From NCBI RefSeq assembly GCF_009914755.1, contig NC_060937.1: DNA of 64,000 nt; one strand, written 5' to 3'. This stretch comes from the human T2T-CHM13v2.0 reference genome, Homo sapiens. The position numbers and the translations under genes are program-made. A model generated the notes under the pieces. The model was not told where the DNA came from, made no database searches, and saw nothing but the letters and a program-made list of their open reading frames with translations. Positions 15,438 to 33,323 of this stretch are shown here, one piece after another (within the stretch, counting starts at the first letter, position 1; every line of letters begins with the position of its first letter).

Positions 15438-17084
15438 AATCTTGGGAGATGGGAAATTTGCCAGAATGCTTTTCATTAGATATCTGTTAAATTAATACCT
15501 TAGCAGTCACTCTACTACTGAGGAGTATTATTCGTATGCCAAAAATGAAATATCTTCTGTACAGCACCTACCCATCACAGTAATGCAAGAGACTGTGTCC
15601 CATATGAAACATCACTAGAACGTTGTAATAGGACCTGAGGCATTTCATTTTTAATTAGAGAAGTGTCAAAAAGACTAATCAAATTAAACATAACAGTACT
15701 AACAGATTAAATAACCTATTTGGAGTGAGTCATGCATGATGGTTGGAGAGCTGAATATTGTAGGCTGCTTTTCTTAAAATTATCCTGCAAAAATGTTTTG
15801 GTCTTGAAGGGGATGTTCACATTTAGATCACTTGTTCCTTGAAAATATGACTAGGTCGCTACTAATATCAGTAAACCTGTCCTCCCAAATAATGAAGCAC
15901 CTATTTTGAAATTCATCTTTCTTTTACTCAGCAAAAACAGCACTCTTCTTTATAGCTTTATAAAGAGAACACATTTCATTTCAATTATCAGTTAAATCAT
16001 GAAACTAAAGTTAAATACATGACCTCGCCTTGAATAGAGTATCCTATGTAGAGCAGTAACTTCTTTCCTTTTCTTCACTTGCTTCCTGCCTTCCTTCCTT
16101 TCTTCCTTTTTCTTTCCTTCTTTGGCAAATCTGAAATCATTCTACGGTTTCTTTAATGTTTTATTCAAAGAACCAACTTTGAAAGAATCGATTTTAAAAG
16201 ATTTTTAAACAGTGATTCTATTGTTACTTGTTGAATAGAATATTAAACTATTAGAAATTCAATAAATGTAACCTTATAAATTATAAAAATTATAAAATAT
16301 ATTTTGTATTTTAATAATGTGCACGTGTGTGTATGTGTGAGAGAAAGAGAGAGAAAAAGTAAGAGTAAACCTGGCCATCATGTTTTCTCTGGTGATTTAC
16401 ATTCTTTTTCAAGGCACAACAAGTAAGTTATTACCAACAATATTGAATTACTTTGTCTAACTTTTCATTGATGCAAGAAAGAAAGAAAAAACAACAAAAA
16501 CAAAATAAATGGTGGGACCTCAAGATTTTTCCTGATGAATGAACACTGATAAGAAAATTCTGAATCATTGTTCCACCCAGTTAATACTATTAATGGACTA
16601 ATGAACAGCAAGACTACAAATACGTTGAATGGTTAGTGAGTCGCATTTTTTTCCATTTCATGAACAGAAGAGACAGCCTCTGACTCATCCAGCTTCTGCC
16701 CCCATAATTGGGATGGTTCCTGCCCTCCTCTCCTCCAACTAAATCAAATAGTTAACGCTAAAACACTCAAAATAGACAAATATTTCCTTTTTTATGTAAA
16801 ACGATTAAAGAGTCACACTGTAGCGAAAATTCCGAAGTGTTACTATATTATAAAAGGCCCAGAAGATCAATTGTAGCGGACCTAAGTGTAAATTGGCTGG
16901 CATTAGACATCTTGGAGAAAAGAGCACTCTTCTCAGACCTCATGGAGATAATTAGGCCCAATTACTAGGTGAAGTCACTGTACTCATTTAAGACTCAGAC
17001 AATGTGTCAATGTGTGCATGTGTGTGTGTGTTCCATAAAAATTGTGGCATAACAAAATTATAGCTGTGATCATATAGTAGTCTT

Positions 17085-17271
17085 TTTTATTAATAACATT
17101 TCTATGATTAGAAAAGTGATAACATGGTCACTGTAAAAATTTTAGAGTATCTAGGTGAATGTATTGGAAAAACATAAATCACCCATGAAATCACCACTCA
17201 GAAATAACCAGTGCTAAAATCCTGTTACAGTTTTTCGAGGCCATATCCTAAACATATACTTGTTTTTTAAT

Positions 17272-17314
<43 letters not shown>

Positions 17315-17560
17315 ACACATATTTCCCCTTCCTGAAATATGGATCATACTTTTATATCCTATTTTTTGTTAACTTTATGACATAAACATTTTATCCTATA
17401 TCATTGAATGTTAAATTTTTAAAAATCATGATTTCATCTTCTGGATGTAGATTTATTTAACCACCTATCTGTGGTAAACAGCTGCATGCATAATTTTTTA
17501 TCCATATCTCTGATTATTTTCAATGATATAAGCACCTGGATGTCAATTAAATTTTTGATT
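17085..17560 (-). mobile_element. Old L1M (L1ME/MC-like) 3' region
   Basis: AAATCACCCATGAAATCACCACTCAGAAATAACCA and GGATCATACT resemble reverse L1M 3' ends. Confidence 0.5.
17275..17308. repeat. (AC)17 microsatellite
   Basis: Directly visible. Confidence 0.97.
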
Positions 17561-18899
17561 TTTATACACTATAATTATAACACAATGCTTTATTTAAATA
17601 TATCATTGAAACTCATGCTTCATGACCACATAACCTATTATTTGTACATAGACTGAGCCTGCTCACTTATCATTCCTCAGATGATAGCCTCATTCATCCT
17701 TAATTGGTTGTCCTTGGATATTGTTGATGGATAACAAAAAAAAATCAAAGATTAAATAGGAAAAATACAATGTCCCGTATAAAAACAATTCTATATTTGA
17801 GAAAAACAGGTTTAACATAAGACTATTGACCTTAACTATGAAAAAAACAGACAAGAGGGGAAAGACCATGAGAGCAGATGACAGACAGTACCAGAACAAT
17901 TGTTATCATCACGAGATAAGCATCATCTGTGTCTCATGCTCTTGTTCTAATTCTCAGTGTAACCCAACACTCTGTCCCTCAGCCTATTTCAAACTCTGTT
18001 TATTTGTTCTTCAGAAACTTTTCTGCTTCCTTCATATTCAAGGTGTTTAAAAACAGAGATCAAAACATATATTTTCCCATTCAAATATGAAACTAGTCAG
18101 AACTCTTTTGCTTTCAATAAATCTAGGCAATTTATTTGTCCCCACTAAAAGAAGAATTACTTTCTGTAAAGTGATAGTAATACTAGCTTACGATACACAC
18201 TTTTTACTAAAATACTGTCCCCAAACAGCTCTTCTGAGCCTGGCCAGTAAGTAAGATTGTCTTATATTGATGCCCTTTGTAGAAACAAAGAACTAGCAAT
18301 ATGTAGAGGTAGAAACTGCAACAGGTAGCCCAGGCACAGTCTTATACTGGATGCTCTCATATTGCTTTCCTCGCATAATATCCTTTTAAGTTGATGGTGT
18401 CTTCTAGAACTTTTATTCACTTGTAAGAAAAAATTGGAATCTTCAGTCTTTCCCCAGAGTGTTCCCTCTATTATGCTACTTACCTGAGGTATGATTTTCT
18501 GTTGATAACATCATTGCTTTTATGTTAGTTCTACCAAGCACACTTAATCATATCTACTTGGCTTCCTTTCTTATTTTCTTTAACAAGATTCTGAGCCACG
18601 CCCACTCTACTCAAAATTCTGCCCTGTCCCACACACACATAGCCAATCCTTCAGCAGGTGACCTATTTCTGTACCACTATTAACTGACTTCTTTACAGTT
18701 TCTTGGGAAGAAGTGGCCCAATTAGTTTTGAATTGTGTTTTTGATCTCCTACCCCTCCTATGATCTTATTCTCCCCTCCGAACTTCCATTGCCTCCATCC
18801 ACCATTTCTGTGCTTGTAAATAACTTAAAATATCCTCCATGTTCAAAGACCTCTTTTGAGCCTTGCTCCTCTGCAAGAAGCTGCCCCACCACTCCTTTT

Positions 18900-20020
18900 C
18901 TTAGTTACCAAATTTCTTGAATTAATTGTCTACCCTTTTTTTCTTTTTACTCTAAAATAACCACTGCCTCCCATTTCACAGTGAATTCATAACTGTCAAT
19001 TCCAAAGATCAATTCCAAAATTAGTTTCGGTCCTAGTCAAGTTTCCTTGACTTCACAAACGCATTTAACAAGAGGATACTCCATATTTGTAACGATTTTC
19101 TTCTAAAACATACATGGAGATTATTGACTCCTGGCTCCTCATTTACCACCTTTTCCCACTGTCTGCATTGGTAACTCTTTTGAAGACACCCCTTTAATTG
19201 CTATTTGAACCTGGGCCTCACTCTCTTGTGTTATCAGTCTGCACACACTCCCTGGACAGGCTCACTGGCTTCTGTGACTCTGTAAGCAGGTAAGTATCAA
19301 ATCTGAAGATATGTGGGCGAATGTGAAAAATATGGCCTGAATTTTAAGTGAGATTTGGAATGTGGGATACAGAAGATAATGAAGCTTAATTTACAAAAAT
19401 CAAACTTTGTTAGTTATCCCTTCTCTCCATTGAGCTTTGCTTATCCTCTCTACTTCTGGTATTTCAATGGTGTCACCACCTAGCCAGTCGCTCAACTTTG
19501 AAATCATCAAAGTTGATTTGATAAATCATCTTTATCATTTGTAAATCATCAGACTTACCCTTCTTTGCTGCTATTTCTCTCAATGACTGATTTCTAATCT
19601 ATTTTGCTTACCACCATCACAATTACCTTTCAAATACCTAGAATAGAACATACATTGAACAGATTCAAAAGGCTTAAAAACTTTGATGATTCTCTCAACA
19701 GCATTCAACATCCACCTACTATTCAACTGCTTTACATGTTAGTCCCAACTTCAGTTTCTAATCTCTGTCCTTGCATAATTGTTCTCTTCATTCTACCCAA
19801 GGAAAAGTAATCTCTCATTCATCTATGTTCCTATGGCTCATTGTTCCTGTCAGTAGTTATAGCTCTCAGCTACTTCTGTTTTATGAAATTATTTGCATGG
19901 CTGTCCCTCCAGTGAAATTATAAGTTCCTGATTGGTAGTGGCCATAATATTCACCTCAATTCCCACACCAGCACAATTCCTAGTAAATATTTGGAGCTCA
20001 ACATATATTTTAAGAGTGAA
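18900..20020 (+). mobile_element. L2 fragments ending in an L2 3' end
   Basis: Degenerate L2 blocks; TAAGTTCCTGATTGG...GCACAATTCCTAGT...GCTCAACATATATTT at the end. Confidence 0.45.
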
Positions 20021-22351
20021 TTTCAGCAATTAAAATCATTCTGATATATCACAAGTATAACCTGATTTTTGATGAGGTTAATTCAATACCAAAACATGCT
20101 TTAGTGTACCTTTAGGTTTATTAAAAGTTAGAGCCTGCCTTAGCTTTGGAAGAATTTCAAGAATTTTCATAAGTATCATCACGACTCCTTACACTACTCT
20201 CCATGATACTAAAAGTATGAATATTTCTTCATAGCATAAAGAAAATAAGACTAATAGAAATTAACTTACTTATCATTGTCACAAAGCCAGTGGGTGATAC
20301 AGTGGGGATTAAAAACACTTACTCTGAATTTCCGTTCATTAACATATTCACTCCATGAAGCATTCATTCAATAGAAACTTCCCATCTTTTTATGAGGACA
20401 AATGAGATAATGTCCGTAAAACAGTTTGAGCTACTCAAGAAAAGCAGGCTATATAATTTAAGAGATGAATTTGATAAATTGGATTCACAAATAAGTGGAT
20501 TGGCTCAAAGCCATTATAGAGAGGAAGTTATTGTGTCATTTTCCCAATCATCTTGCCAATTTACCTCAAGCCTTACAATCCTACAAATCTCCTATAAAAC
20601 TCAGCAAATGAACTTCTTGAAAATGAGTTTTGGTCTCAATCCAGTAAATTTTATTTGTACTTTCCCCATATTCTCTCCAATAGTTCACTGACCCATCACG
20701 TCACCAAAGCTACTACTTATCAAACTCAGAATACAAGCACATTTGACTTGTTTCATAGCTAATATTTTAGCAATAGTCTTATATAATGATTTGATATGAA
20801 AAGCATTTGCTCTTTTGTATTATTATACTTATGTGTAGGTTCTACTTAAGAATTCACCATGTAAGCCTTCAAGAGTGTGCTTATCACACTGCAGTCTTTT
20901 TCAATAATAGCACCTACTACATAGGACCCAAGGGCACCCATTAAGTGCTCAATGATACTTTCTACTAGGGTTTTTTTTTCCCTCTGAGAGCATTTCTAGC
21001 ACTCTCAGAAGGGCAATACAATCAATGTGCAACCTCCAATAGTTCTGAACTTAGCAATGTGGATGCTATTGAAATAGCCATAGTGTGTGGAAAAGAAGTT
21101 GCTGATACATCGAGCAAATGTGTATCATACATAGGCCAGACAAAGCTGGCCATGTCCTGTCTTACACTGTTTAGAAAAATAGAATGATTTCATTTAGGGC
21201 AGAAGTTGAACAGAAATAGAGTCAATTCAATTTGATTTTATAAGTAAACTCTGCTCCAAGAAATGTGGCTATGTATAAACCAAAAATGCAATTTAAACAA
21301 CACAATACATTTCAGATTTCTGAACGTTCATTCGGTTTTACTATAAATGAAGTTTCACTTTAAGTGAATTACACCATCACTTTTGGGAATCTAAATAAAT
21401 CTCACTCTCTAAGCAATTTACAGGCATTGATATTCCCTAACAGTTTAAAATACCCCTGTTTACAAGAATAAGGCAGATGGGTACCAGCAGATGGGCACCA
21501 TGAGGGGAAAAGGAGTGGTACCCACCTGTTACTGTGTGTGTGCCCATGATCCCAGGTTTACTGGGTAGATGGTTCTATTTTTAAATTTTTGTCTCAAACA
21601 TGAAAGGGAAATAGGATAAATGATATTTTAAACATTTTTACTATTTTAGTATTTTTAGAACTTAATTATATCCCAAATGTAATATGCAAATGTTACTGTT
21701 AGTAACAACTTCCTCCAAAACAAGAGGAACAAAATCTCTCCAGGAATTTAAAAAAATCATTGCAATGAACAGTCTATGGGTAATTAAAATAGTGCACATA
21801 AATTTATCAATGTGGTAAATCAGGACAAAAATTTTAAACATTTTTGCTGTACACAGAGAAAAATTACACATCCAATAATCTCAGAGAAGTACTCCATAAA
21901 GTACATATTAATTTAGAACCAACAGTATAGGTGAAGAAAATAACGTTATTAAAGACCCAGAGATATACAACTCAGCTGGACTTAAGAACAAATATTTGGA
22001 CACAGGCACATGTCTTTCTTGTTCTGTTAATTTTTTTGATTTTACAAATTTTTCTTTGATTAGAAGCAATTCACCTATCAGTAACATGCAATATATTTTT
22101 CCCATGTTACCATTCTTGGACACTATCTTGTAATAGCTAAAATGAGTCTCAAATTCATTCAGCAAATACTAATTGCTAATTATGTGTGAATTATATTGGA
22201 GATATGAAAAGCTATCTGAAGTAAATAACATCAGAGTTGTAAATGAACTTGCAATTTAGTTAGAAAAGAGTCATAAATGGGTAAATTAATTGATTAATAT
22301 TGCATTTTTCAAAAGAAACATAAATAAATAAAATATATGACTTAAGATACA

Positions 22352-22735
<384 letters not shown>

Positions 22736-23181
22736 CTATGGGTCATCTCAATATCAATTTCACTGGAATGCCCCTGTTCTAGTCTCTCTGCCTCTATTCT
22801 CAATAATGCATCCTCGCATACTGACGATTACATTTTCTTTCTGAAATTTAAATATAATCTTGTCACATTCACAACTCAAAACCATGATACAATTCTAGCT
22901 TAACTTATTTGACAAATAAGACCGTTTCTGATCTCATGATTTCACAAATACCCAATCTTGTAACCACTATCACCACCTGCCCTAGTTGCTTCTCACTGTT
23001 CTCTCAAGCAGAACTAAGATAATTGCAGGTCCTTGAACAGCACTTTGATTCATGTTATTATTTTCTCAGAAGTTTTCTTCTTCCACTGCTTGAAATGTCC
23101 TCCCTCACAAAGTTCTCATGAGAATCTTCCCTTCCTTCTTAAAATGCCAGTTTAAATAGTTGCCCAGGAGACCCTCCTTAA

Positions 23182-23507
<326 letters not shown>

Positions 23508-25579
23508 CACGCAGTTGCTCTTAAACAAACAAACAAACAAAAATCTATATATCCTACATATTACAATCTAATATTTGCTTTTTATGCACCTCCCACAAGA
23601 CTGTAGGGCTAATGAGGGAAGGCACTGTAGTCTTTCCTTGATGTGTGCTTAGGTCCTGACCATTGCCTTGTCCTTAGTAAGTGCTCAGCAAATGCTTAAG
23701 GAGATAAGGGGTAACCTCAAGCTATGGTAGACTAAGGAAACTTCAGAGCTGACAGGGACGGGGATTACCAGGATGGCAGAAAAGAAGCTGCAAGAGACTC
23801 CTAGAAAGGCTAGAACAAAACTTCAAGGGCAGCAGAGGTGAGTACCAAGCACACTTCAGGGACAATGAGCAAACTCTTTTGGCTGTATTGCAGTTAACTG
23901 GGAGAGAGGACTGTCTGGATGAATCTGGATAAAGCAATTTCTACCTAATAATTTGCTGCATTGAATACACTCATTCATTCACAAAACTAAGAATTCTTTA
24001 GCTATAAAATTATTTTATGTTTGATGGACTTAATAAATTTTGTACATTTCCTGCAAGTAAACCTTTGAATTTCCATAATATTTTACATTTCAGAATGAGC
24101 ATGTATCAAGTTACATTATATTTTTCTTTTGAGTCTGTGTCTGTAGTATATGTTTCTTTTTTTTACCTACAAAAACTGCTTACAAACAGAATCTATCTAT
24201 GGGGAAAAAAAGCAAAATAAACAACACAACAACAAAAGCTTTTATTAATTTGTGTGATACTTATCTGAATTTGACTATGCTATATTATGTATGACTTATG
24301 CCAACACATCCAACCATCTGTCCCCTGCTACCAACCATTAACAAGCTGCCATTAAATAAAATCTGCAGTACGTGAAGAGTCAAAATTATTGAATTCACTG
24401 TTCAAGTAAAGCTTTATCAGATCCATAGTAATCCAAGCAATATTTATATGTCTGAATTGCTAAACAAGCAAAATATGGGCCAGGTAGGACTGAACCCCTG
24501 AAGAAGAATCCCCACGTTAGAAGACAAAATGCAGATATTACTTTATTCTCAAACTGATTGCAAAGGAAAAAAAAATCAAGAAATGACTATCCATCAATAA
24601 AGCAGCTGGAAAAGTCAAAACAGTAAAACATATAGCTGGCATTGTTACTAGCCAAATCCCTGCGGGGAAAAAATGCCATGTAGATTTCAGTCAATAAACA
24701 AATATCTGAAAAGAGGTTAAATAAGTCAATCTAGCCAGTTATAACATATCATATGTGGAGTCATGGGAAGAGAATCATCATCATAACACCAGTAATAATG
24801 TGTCTAGTTTTAACTAGATTATATATCTGTCATCTGTTAATTGTGAATCCTATGGGATTATGGTATATTTTTATTCAGTATTTTGAGCCCACAAATCTGA
24901 ATATATGAGATTTCTGTTGGTAGTTACTAGAACACCAGTGAAAATTTGTATGAGAAAACTGAGGTTAAACAAGACCATTCAAACAAAGTATATGATTAAA
25001 TGCAAATGTTTTCATTATATAAACACACACATATTATAATTTGGCATTTCTATTGTCTTTTTTCCTTTCTTTGTGAGAAATAAAAGAAGCATATTTCTTT
25101 TTAAGAGTTTCAGTCTTCCTTTACATTTCTTGCCATTCAGTGTACAACTCATCCATAAGTTACCCAATACAGACCTCCAACTCACAAAGCAAAGTGACAA
25201 CTGCTTATGTTATATTGCTGTACTATACAAGTACTAGCAAAGAAAGAATACTTTGCAATACCTGTAATCCCTGTTGAAGAGATTAAGTGGAATTCTGCAA
25301 GAACCACTCATAGTTGCATCCAGAACATTGCCTGAGCACCAAGTACTCAGTAAATACTTAATAAATGAACGTCACAGGGAAAAAGGAATCCTTAAATATT
25401 TGAATGAATACTTACATGACAAGTATTATAGCTTTATTTTATTCAAGTACTCATAAAAGTTTTTGATACTAGAAAAGTATCATTGAAAGAAATTACATAG
25501 TTTTTCTTTTATACTTCTGGGTTTAAAAGTTTATATGCCACTATGAATGTGCTCAGGCTCATGAAGGATGATGGTGTAA

Positions 25580-25874
<295 letters not shown>

Positions 25875-26116
25875 TAGTGTAATTTTTAAATGTAAATTAT
25901 TTTTGTTTTTTCTCTATGTGTATATATATGTATGTAGGTGTATATATAAGTATGTATATAACATACCACTTGGATTTTTAAAATATTCACCAAGTGGAAA
26001 ATTAGAAAAAATATGTATGATGTGATTAATTTGTATGCATTAGGGCCTAAAAATAGGAGCTTTCTTTATTTCATAAGAATGTTCCAGCTCCTAAGTCAAA
26101 GGGTGGACAAGGTGAT

Positions 26117-26123
<7 letters not shown>

Positions 26124-26154
<31 letters not shown>

Positions 26155-26426
26155 AGACAGAGTTTTGCTCTTGTTGCCCAGGCTGGAGTGCAATGGTGTG
26201 ATCTGGGCTCACTGCAACCTCCGCCTCAAGTGGTTCTCCTCACTCAGCCTCCCGAGTAGCTGCGGTTACAGGTATGCACCACCACGCCTGGCTAATTTTG
26301 TATTTTTGTAGAGATGGGGTTTCTCCGTGTTGGTCAGGCTGGTCTCGAACTCCCGACCTCAGGTGATCTGCCCACCTTGGCCTCCCAAAGTGCTGGGATT
26401 ACAGGCATGAGCCACTGCACCCAGCC
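26124..26426 (-). mobile_element. AluSp
   Basis: GCTCTTGTTGCCC, GCAATGG, TTCTCC, GGTCAGG and CCCGACC diagnostics; TSD AGGTGATG(T/G)TCTTT. Confidence 0.95.
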
Positions 26427-28386
26427 AGGTGATGGTCTTTAATTAGAGACTTGAATATTGAATCAAAACCACAGAAGATTATGTTATTACAGCACAACCC
26501 TCACCTTGAAACGTGAAAAATGTGTTAAATTATTTTGCTACTTTTCCTTTTAGCCAGGAACTATTCAATACTTTCACAAGTACCTGTTTAACTCAGCCCA
26601 CTACACTGGCCATCATAAATAACCAAAACGTGATTTCTTTACTTTCTTTAAGGAAACAGTATCTCGCACTTCCAGTGTTCAGTCACATTTAATAAAGATG
26701 AATCTTTCTAGCCGTTCAACACCCTCACCTATTTTAAAAACAAGGAGGCAGAATTTTGTGTGATATTCTCTAAGTTTATAAATTGTGGTGTCCTCTCCGT
26801 TAGAGAAAAAAAAAGAGTATTGCTTAACGTTCAGACATCAAAGGCTCCTCTCCTATGCTGAGGCTTCAGGAATGGGGTGCAATTATTGTCAAAAGGTTAA
26901 ACCTATTGTTGAAGACTAACTGCTTCAGCGCCCTGGATACTGAGTGTGACAGGTTCTGCAGGTGTACAGGTCTTTGCCTATTGATACAAATTGAATCTGA
27001 AAATAGCAATTTATTCACCAAATCAAACCAATCACTGCAATGCAGTTTTCTCTTTCAGCTCTTACTTCCAACCAACCACTTTTAACTACTTTGAAACTTC
27101 TGTTCTACAATAACATTTCTTTTTCAGCAAGGGGTTTAGGAAAGCTATCATGAAAATCCTTTTTTTTTTTTTAGCCTTCATAGCTTTCAGCCGTTCTTTT
27201 AGAAGAATATTTGTTTACAGTTACACTACTTATTCTAGGCAAAAATGATCAACACCTGTTCCAAATTAGTACTCCAGTCCCCACACTCCTTTTTCTTTTC
27301 ACCACCAACTGTCATTTGCCTTCCTTTACCCATAAAAAAGCAATCACATTAGCATCCTTTGTAACACAATCGCAGGACTTCAAAGACATACCAGAAATTC
27401 TGTAGTAAAATTCTGTCTTATATATGGCAACATAATCAACTTCCAGGAAATAGGAAAGCACATAAAATAAAGACATTTTGAAGTGGATCTTTTAATTTTA
27501 ACAGATAATTGAAATGACACCCAATAGCCAAGTCAAGAATTTGAAACAAGTAAATGAAAGAGAGTTTGCCTGAGGGGAGGCAAACAGAGCAAAGAACTCT
27601 CAATTTGTATCAAAGACTGGACAAATAAATGAATGCTCTTGAAGTTTGGAATCAACACGTATTCCTGGCACTTGATCAGCCTTTCCGAAGCTCCTGAATG
27701 GAGAGACTTGCAATGGCTAACCACAGACCACAGGTTGTTGCCATGACTACAAGCAACCAACAGGAAGAAAAAAGAAAGAAAGAAAAAGCAGTTGGGAAAC
27801 ACTTAAAAACAAAGTAAGTTGAACTGAAAAGAATAAAACTTAAATACAATTTTTAAGTGAAAAGTCTATCAGAAAGAATATAAACAAAACTCATTAAATT
27901 ATATCAATAACAGACCAAACTGTACATTAAAGATGTTCCATATTATAAGGTGTTCATTCAGAGGAGAAAAAAGATGGAAGAAAAAAAAAAGAAACAAGGG
28001 GAAGATGAAGAGGAGAAATAGTAACAACAGTAGCTCTGGTTGCTGTAGTTTTTTGTGCCTCAGCACTTCAGACAAGTGAAACCTGCAGGCAACTATTAGC
28101 TCATGTATTAATCTAAACTCTATTAGGAAGCCACCAGAAGCTGATCTGGGTATTTTACCTACAATTACTGGATAATTTAAAGAGACAATGGGAAAACACT
28201 TGGTTATTTAGATCAAGAGTTGTAGAAATTTAAATTCTGTTGAAAACTGAAGTTGATATTAACAAAGGTTGACCAAAAATTGGTGATTACTAAAAAGCAA
28301 ACATTTGTATCAGAGTTGGGTAACTACAGTAATGCTCAATGGCCATGGGTCATCGTGTCTATGTTGAGGTGTGCAGTACTCTATAG

Positions 28387-29153
28387 ACAATGATGTACTG
28401 GAGTTGTTAATACCTTTTATGTTTTAAGAAATTTTGTGAGCCAGTTATTATATTTAGCTATTATTAAAAATAATGTATATAAACTTATCACATAATAAAT
28501 TATATTTAAAATTTCTTCTTTTACTATAATTTATGCTGTTGAGGTTTTTTTCTACTTATTGTATCTGTATGGTGGAAATAGCATATATTGGTTAGGCTAT
28601 TTCCATCCCTTCTGAACACATTCAGTGATATGACACTGGTAGCTTGAAATTGGCCATGGTGAAGTCCTTACACCATAAAACCTGGCAAATACTACTTAGC
28701 AGGGCTTTATTTATGGTGTTATTGATTACCTAGACTTGAGACACTGAAGAAAATAGTAATAATGCAGAATAAACTTAAAATGTGTCATGTCTGTTGCTAT
28801 TATATTGCAAATAGTAGAAAAAATTATGAAATACTCTTTTCCATATTTAAAAATAACATTTTCTGATTTAACAAAGGAGTACTCACATAATTGATGAAGG
28901 AGTGACGTTCTGAACTAAGTCTTCATTGTTTTAGTTGTTTCATCTACTTACATAAATGAAAATATTAACCAATATGTATGTCACAAGTATATTCGTTTGT
29001 CATTTGAAGCTAATTAACAAAAGTATTTTCTAAGAACCAATTAGTCACATGGAATTTACCATGAAGTATATGTTATTATTTATAAATTGGGAGCTACACA
29101 TTCTTTGTCTCAGTAAAATGTATAATAAATATGTGTGTGCATGTACAAACACT
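28387..29153. mobile_element. MER63-like hAT (Blackjack) DNA transposon
   Basis: CAATGATGTACTGGAG start; GGTAGCTTGAAATTGGCCATGGTG..TACACCA..GGCAAATACTAC..CAGGGC core. Confidence 0.6.
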
Positions 29154-29659
29154 AGGGAAGAAGAAGAAATTATTTACTTGTGGTGCTATATGCTAATTTT
29201 TTATTTTTTCTAAATACATAGGTGAAATGGTTTGGTATATTTTCTTTTGACCCTTCTGTGAAAAGCCAGGCCATGTGGTACACTTCCTTATTAGAATACT
29301 GGACAAATATAATAAAACATCAACCAACAAGTCATTTCAAATGCAATTTGTGAATGTTCAAGAAAAATGAATATGAATGTGTTTCCTTTTTCTTCATGAG
29401 GTGTTTACAAATCCCTAACGCAATTGAGAAAGTCTTCTTTTTTTAATGTTTCTTTTCTTTCCACACTGCAGGAGCAAATTCAAAAATATATAATTATGAC
29501 CAGATCATTGGTATCAGAAATTAACTAAATCATCATCTCTTAAAAGAATGGCTTTGGAGTATGAATGTAATAATGATTTACACAACTTGCATTTGTTGAA
29601 TATCCACTGTGTGCTAAGTTAAAAGTCATTCCATTTCAAAAATAGTATATTAAAAATTA

Positions 29660-29842
29660 CTGGGAGGAAGAGGAGGAAGATTTGAAAAAGACTTGAGTAA
29701 ATTTTTGCCAGTGTTGGGTATGTCTACTACCTTGAAAGTAGTGATGATATCACAGGTATATCCACATGTCAAACGTATCAAATTGCACTTTATATGCACT
29801 TTATTCAATGTCAGTTTTACCTTAATAAATCTGTTTGAAAAG
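29660..29842 (+). mobile_element. Old L1M 3' end
   Basis: GTGATGATATCACAGGTATA..GTCAAA..ATCAAATTG..ACCTTAATAAA. Confidence 0.6.
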
Positions 29843-29985
29843 TTTCTAAAATGAAGAAGGGCAAGTTAAAGCATATTTATATATCATTTATGCATATAAA
29901 TGTATATGAATAATTATATTAGGGTTATCACTATGTAGCTGATTTGGGGCCTACTCTTAAGCTCTTTGGTGGTTATGCTCTTTTA

Positions 29986-32597
<2,612 letters not shown>

Positions 32598-33262
32598 AAA
32601 GTGTACACATCAAGAAAACAAAAAATAAGGATGTTTATTAAAAGTTAGTTAACCCAAGGCTGTATGACTTAATTTGTAAACTTTTTTTTGTCCTTTCATC
32701 CTAAACATATTTTTCTTCCAAATAAATTACTAATATGTATTTCTTCTCACCTCGAAAATGTTTAAATATCTATTTATAATACACACACTGACACTTTAGA
32801 ATAAATGAAACCTCAATTTTAATGAATAATCTATAAATTTAAACAGGAGAACGAGACATTTTGGCATCCTCAAAGAGCTTTGTTCTTTCTTAACCTAATG
32901 TAGACTGCCAGAGTTGAATTGCACCAAAAAAGAGTTCTGGCAAAATCACGTTTTCTGTCATGAAGTTAGCGTCTAAAAATAGCCTATGCAAACTCTGCAA
33001 TTTTGAATAAATTCTTAATGTATTTCCCTAACTTTATTTAATCAGTAACTTAAACACTGGTTATGCAAAAAAATAAAAATAAATGAGGAAAAATATGATC
33101 TGTTTTCAAGGAACTCATAAGCAGGCCAAGAAAGACTAAAAAGCAATTTTGATAAAATACTTAAAGAACTTTGGAAATTTTTTTTCTCATCACAAAGAAA
33201 GAGCAGAAAGGGGGATGGTGGTATCCTACTGTCATTTGTCCTTACATGAGATTTATATGTGA

Positions 33263-33323
33263 AAACTAAGAAGTATGAGAAAAATATAATGTGCAAACTA
33301 AGAAGTATGAGAAAAATATAATG
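33263..33323. repeat. Tandem duplication, 29-bp perfect unit, period 32
   Basis: AAACTAAGAAGTATGAGAAAAATATAATG at 33263-33291 and 33295-33323. Confidence 0.95.

Noticed and set aside
32973-32982. Perfect MEF2 site CTAAAAATAG (another near 61733)
   Set aside because: An isolated AT-rich 10-mer is expected by chance here; the second lies in a MIR
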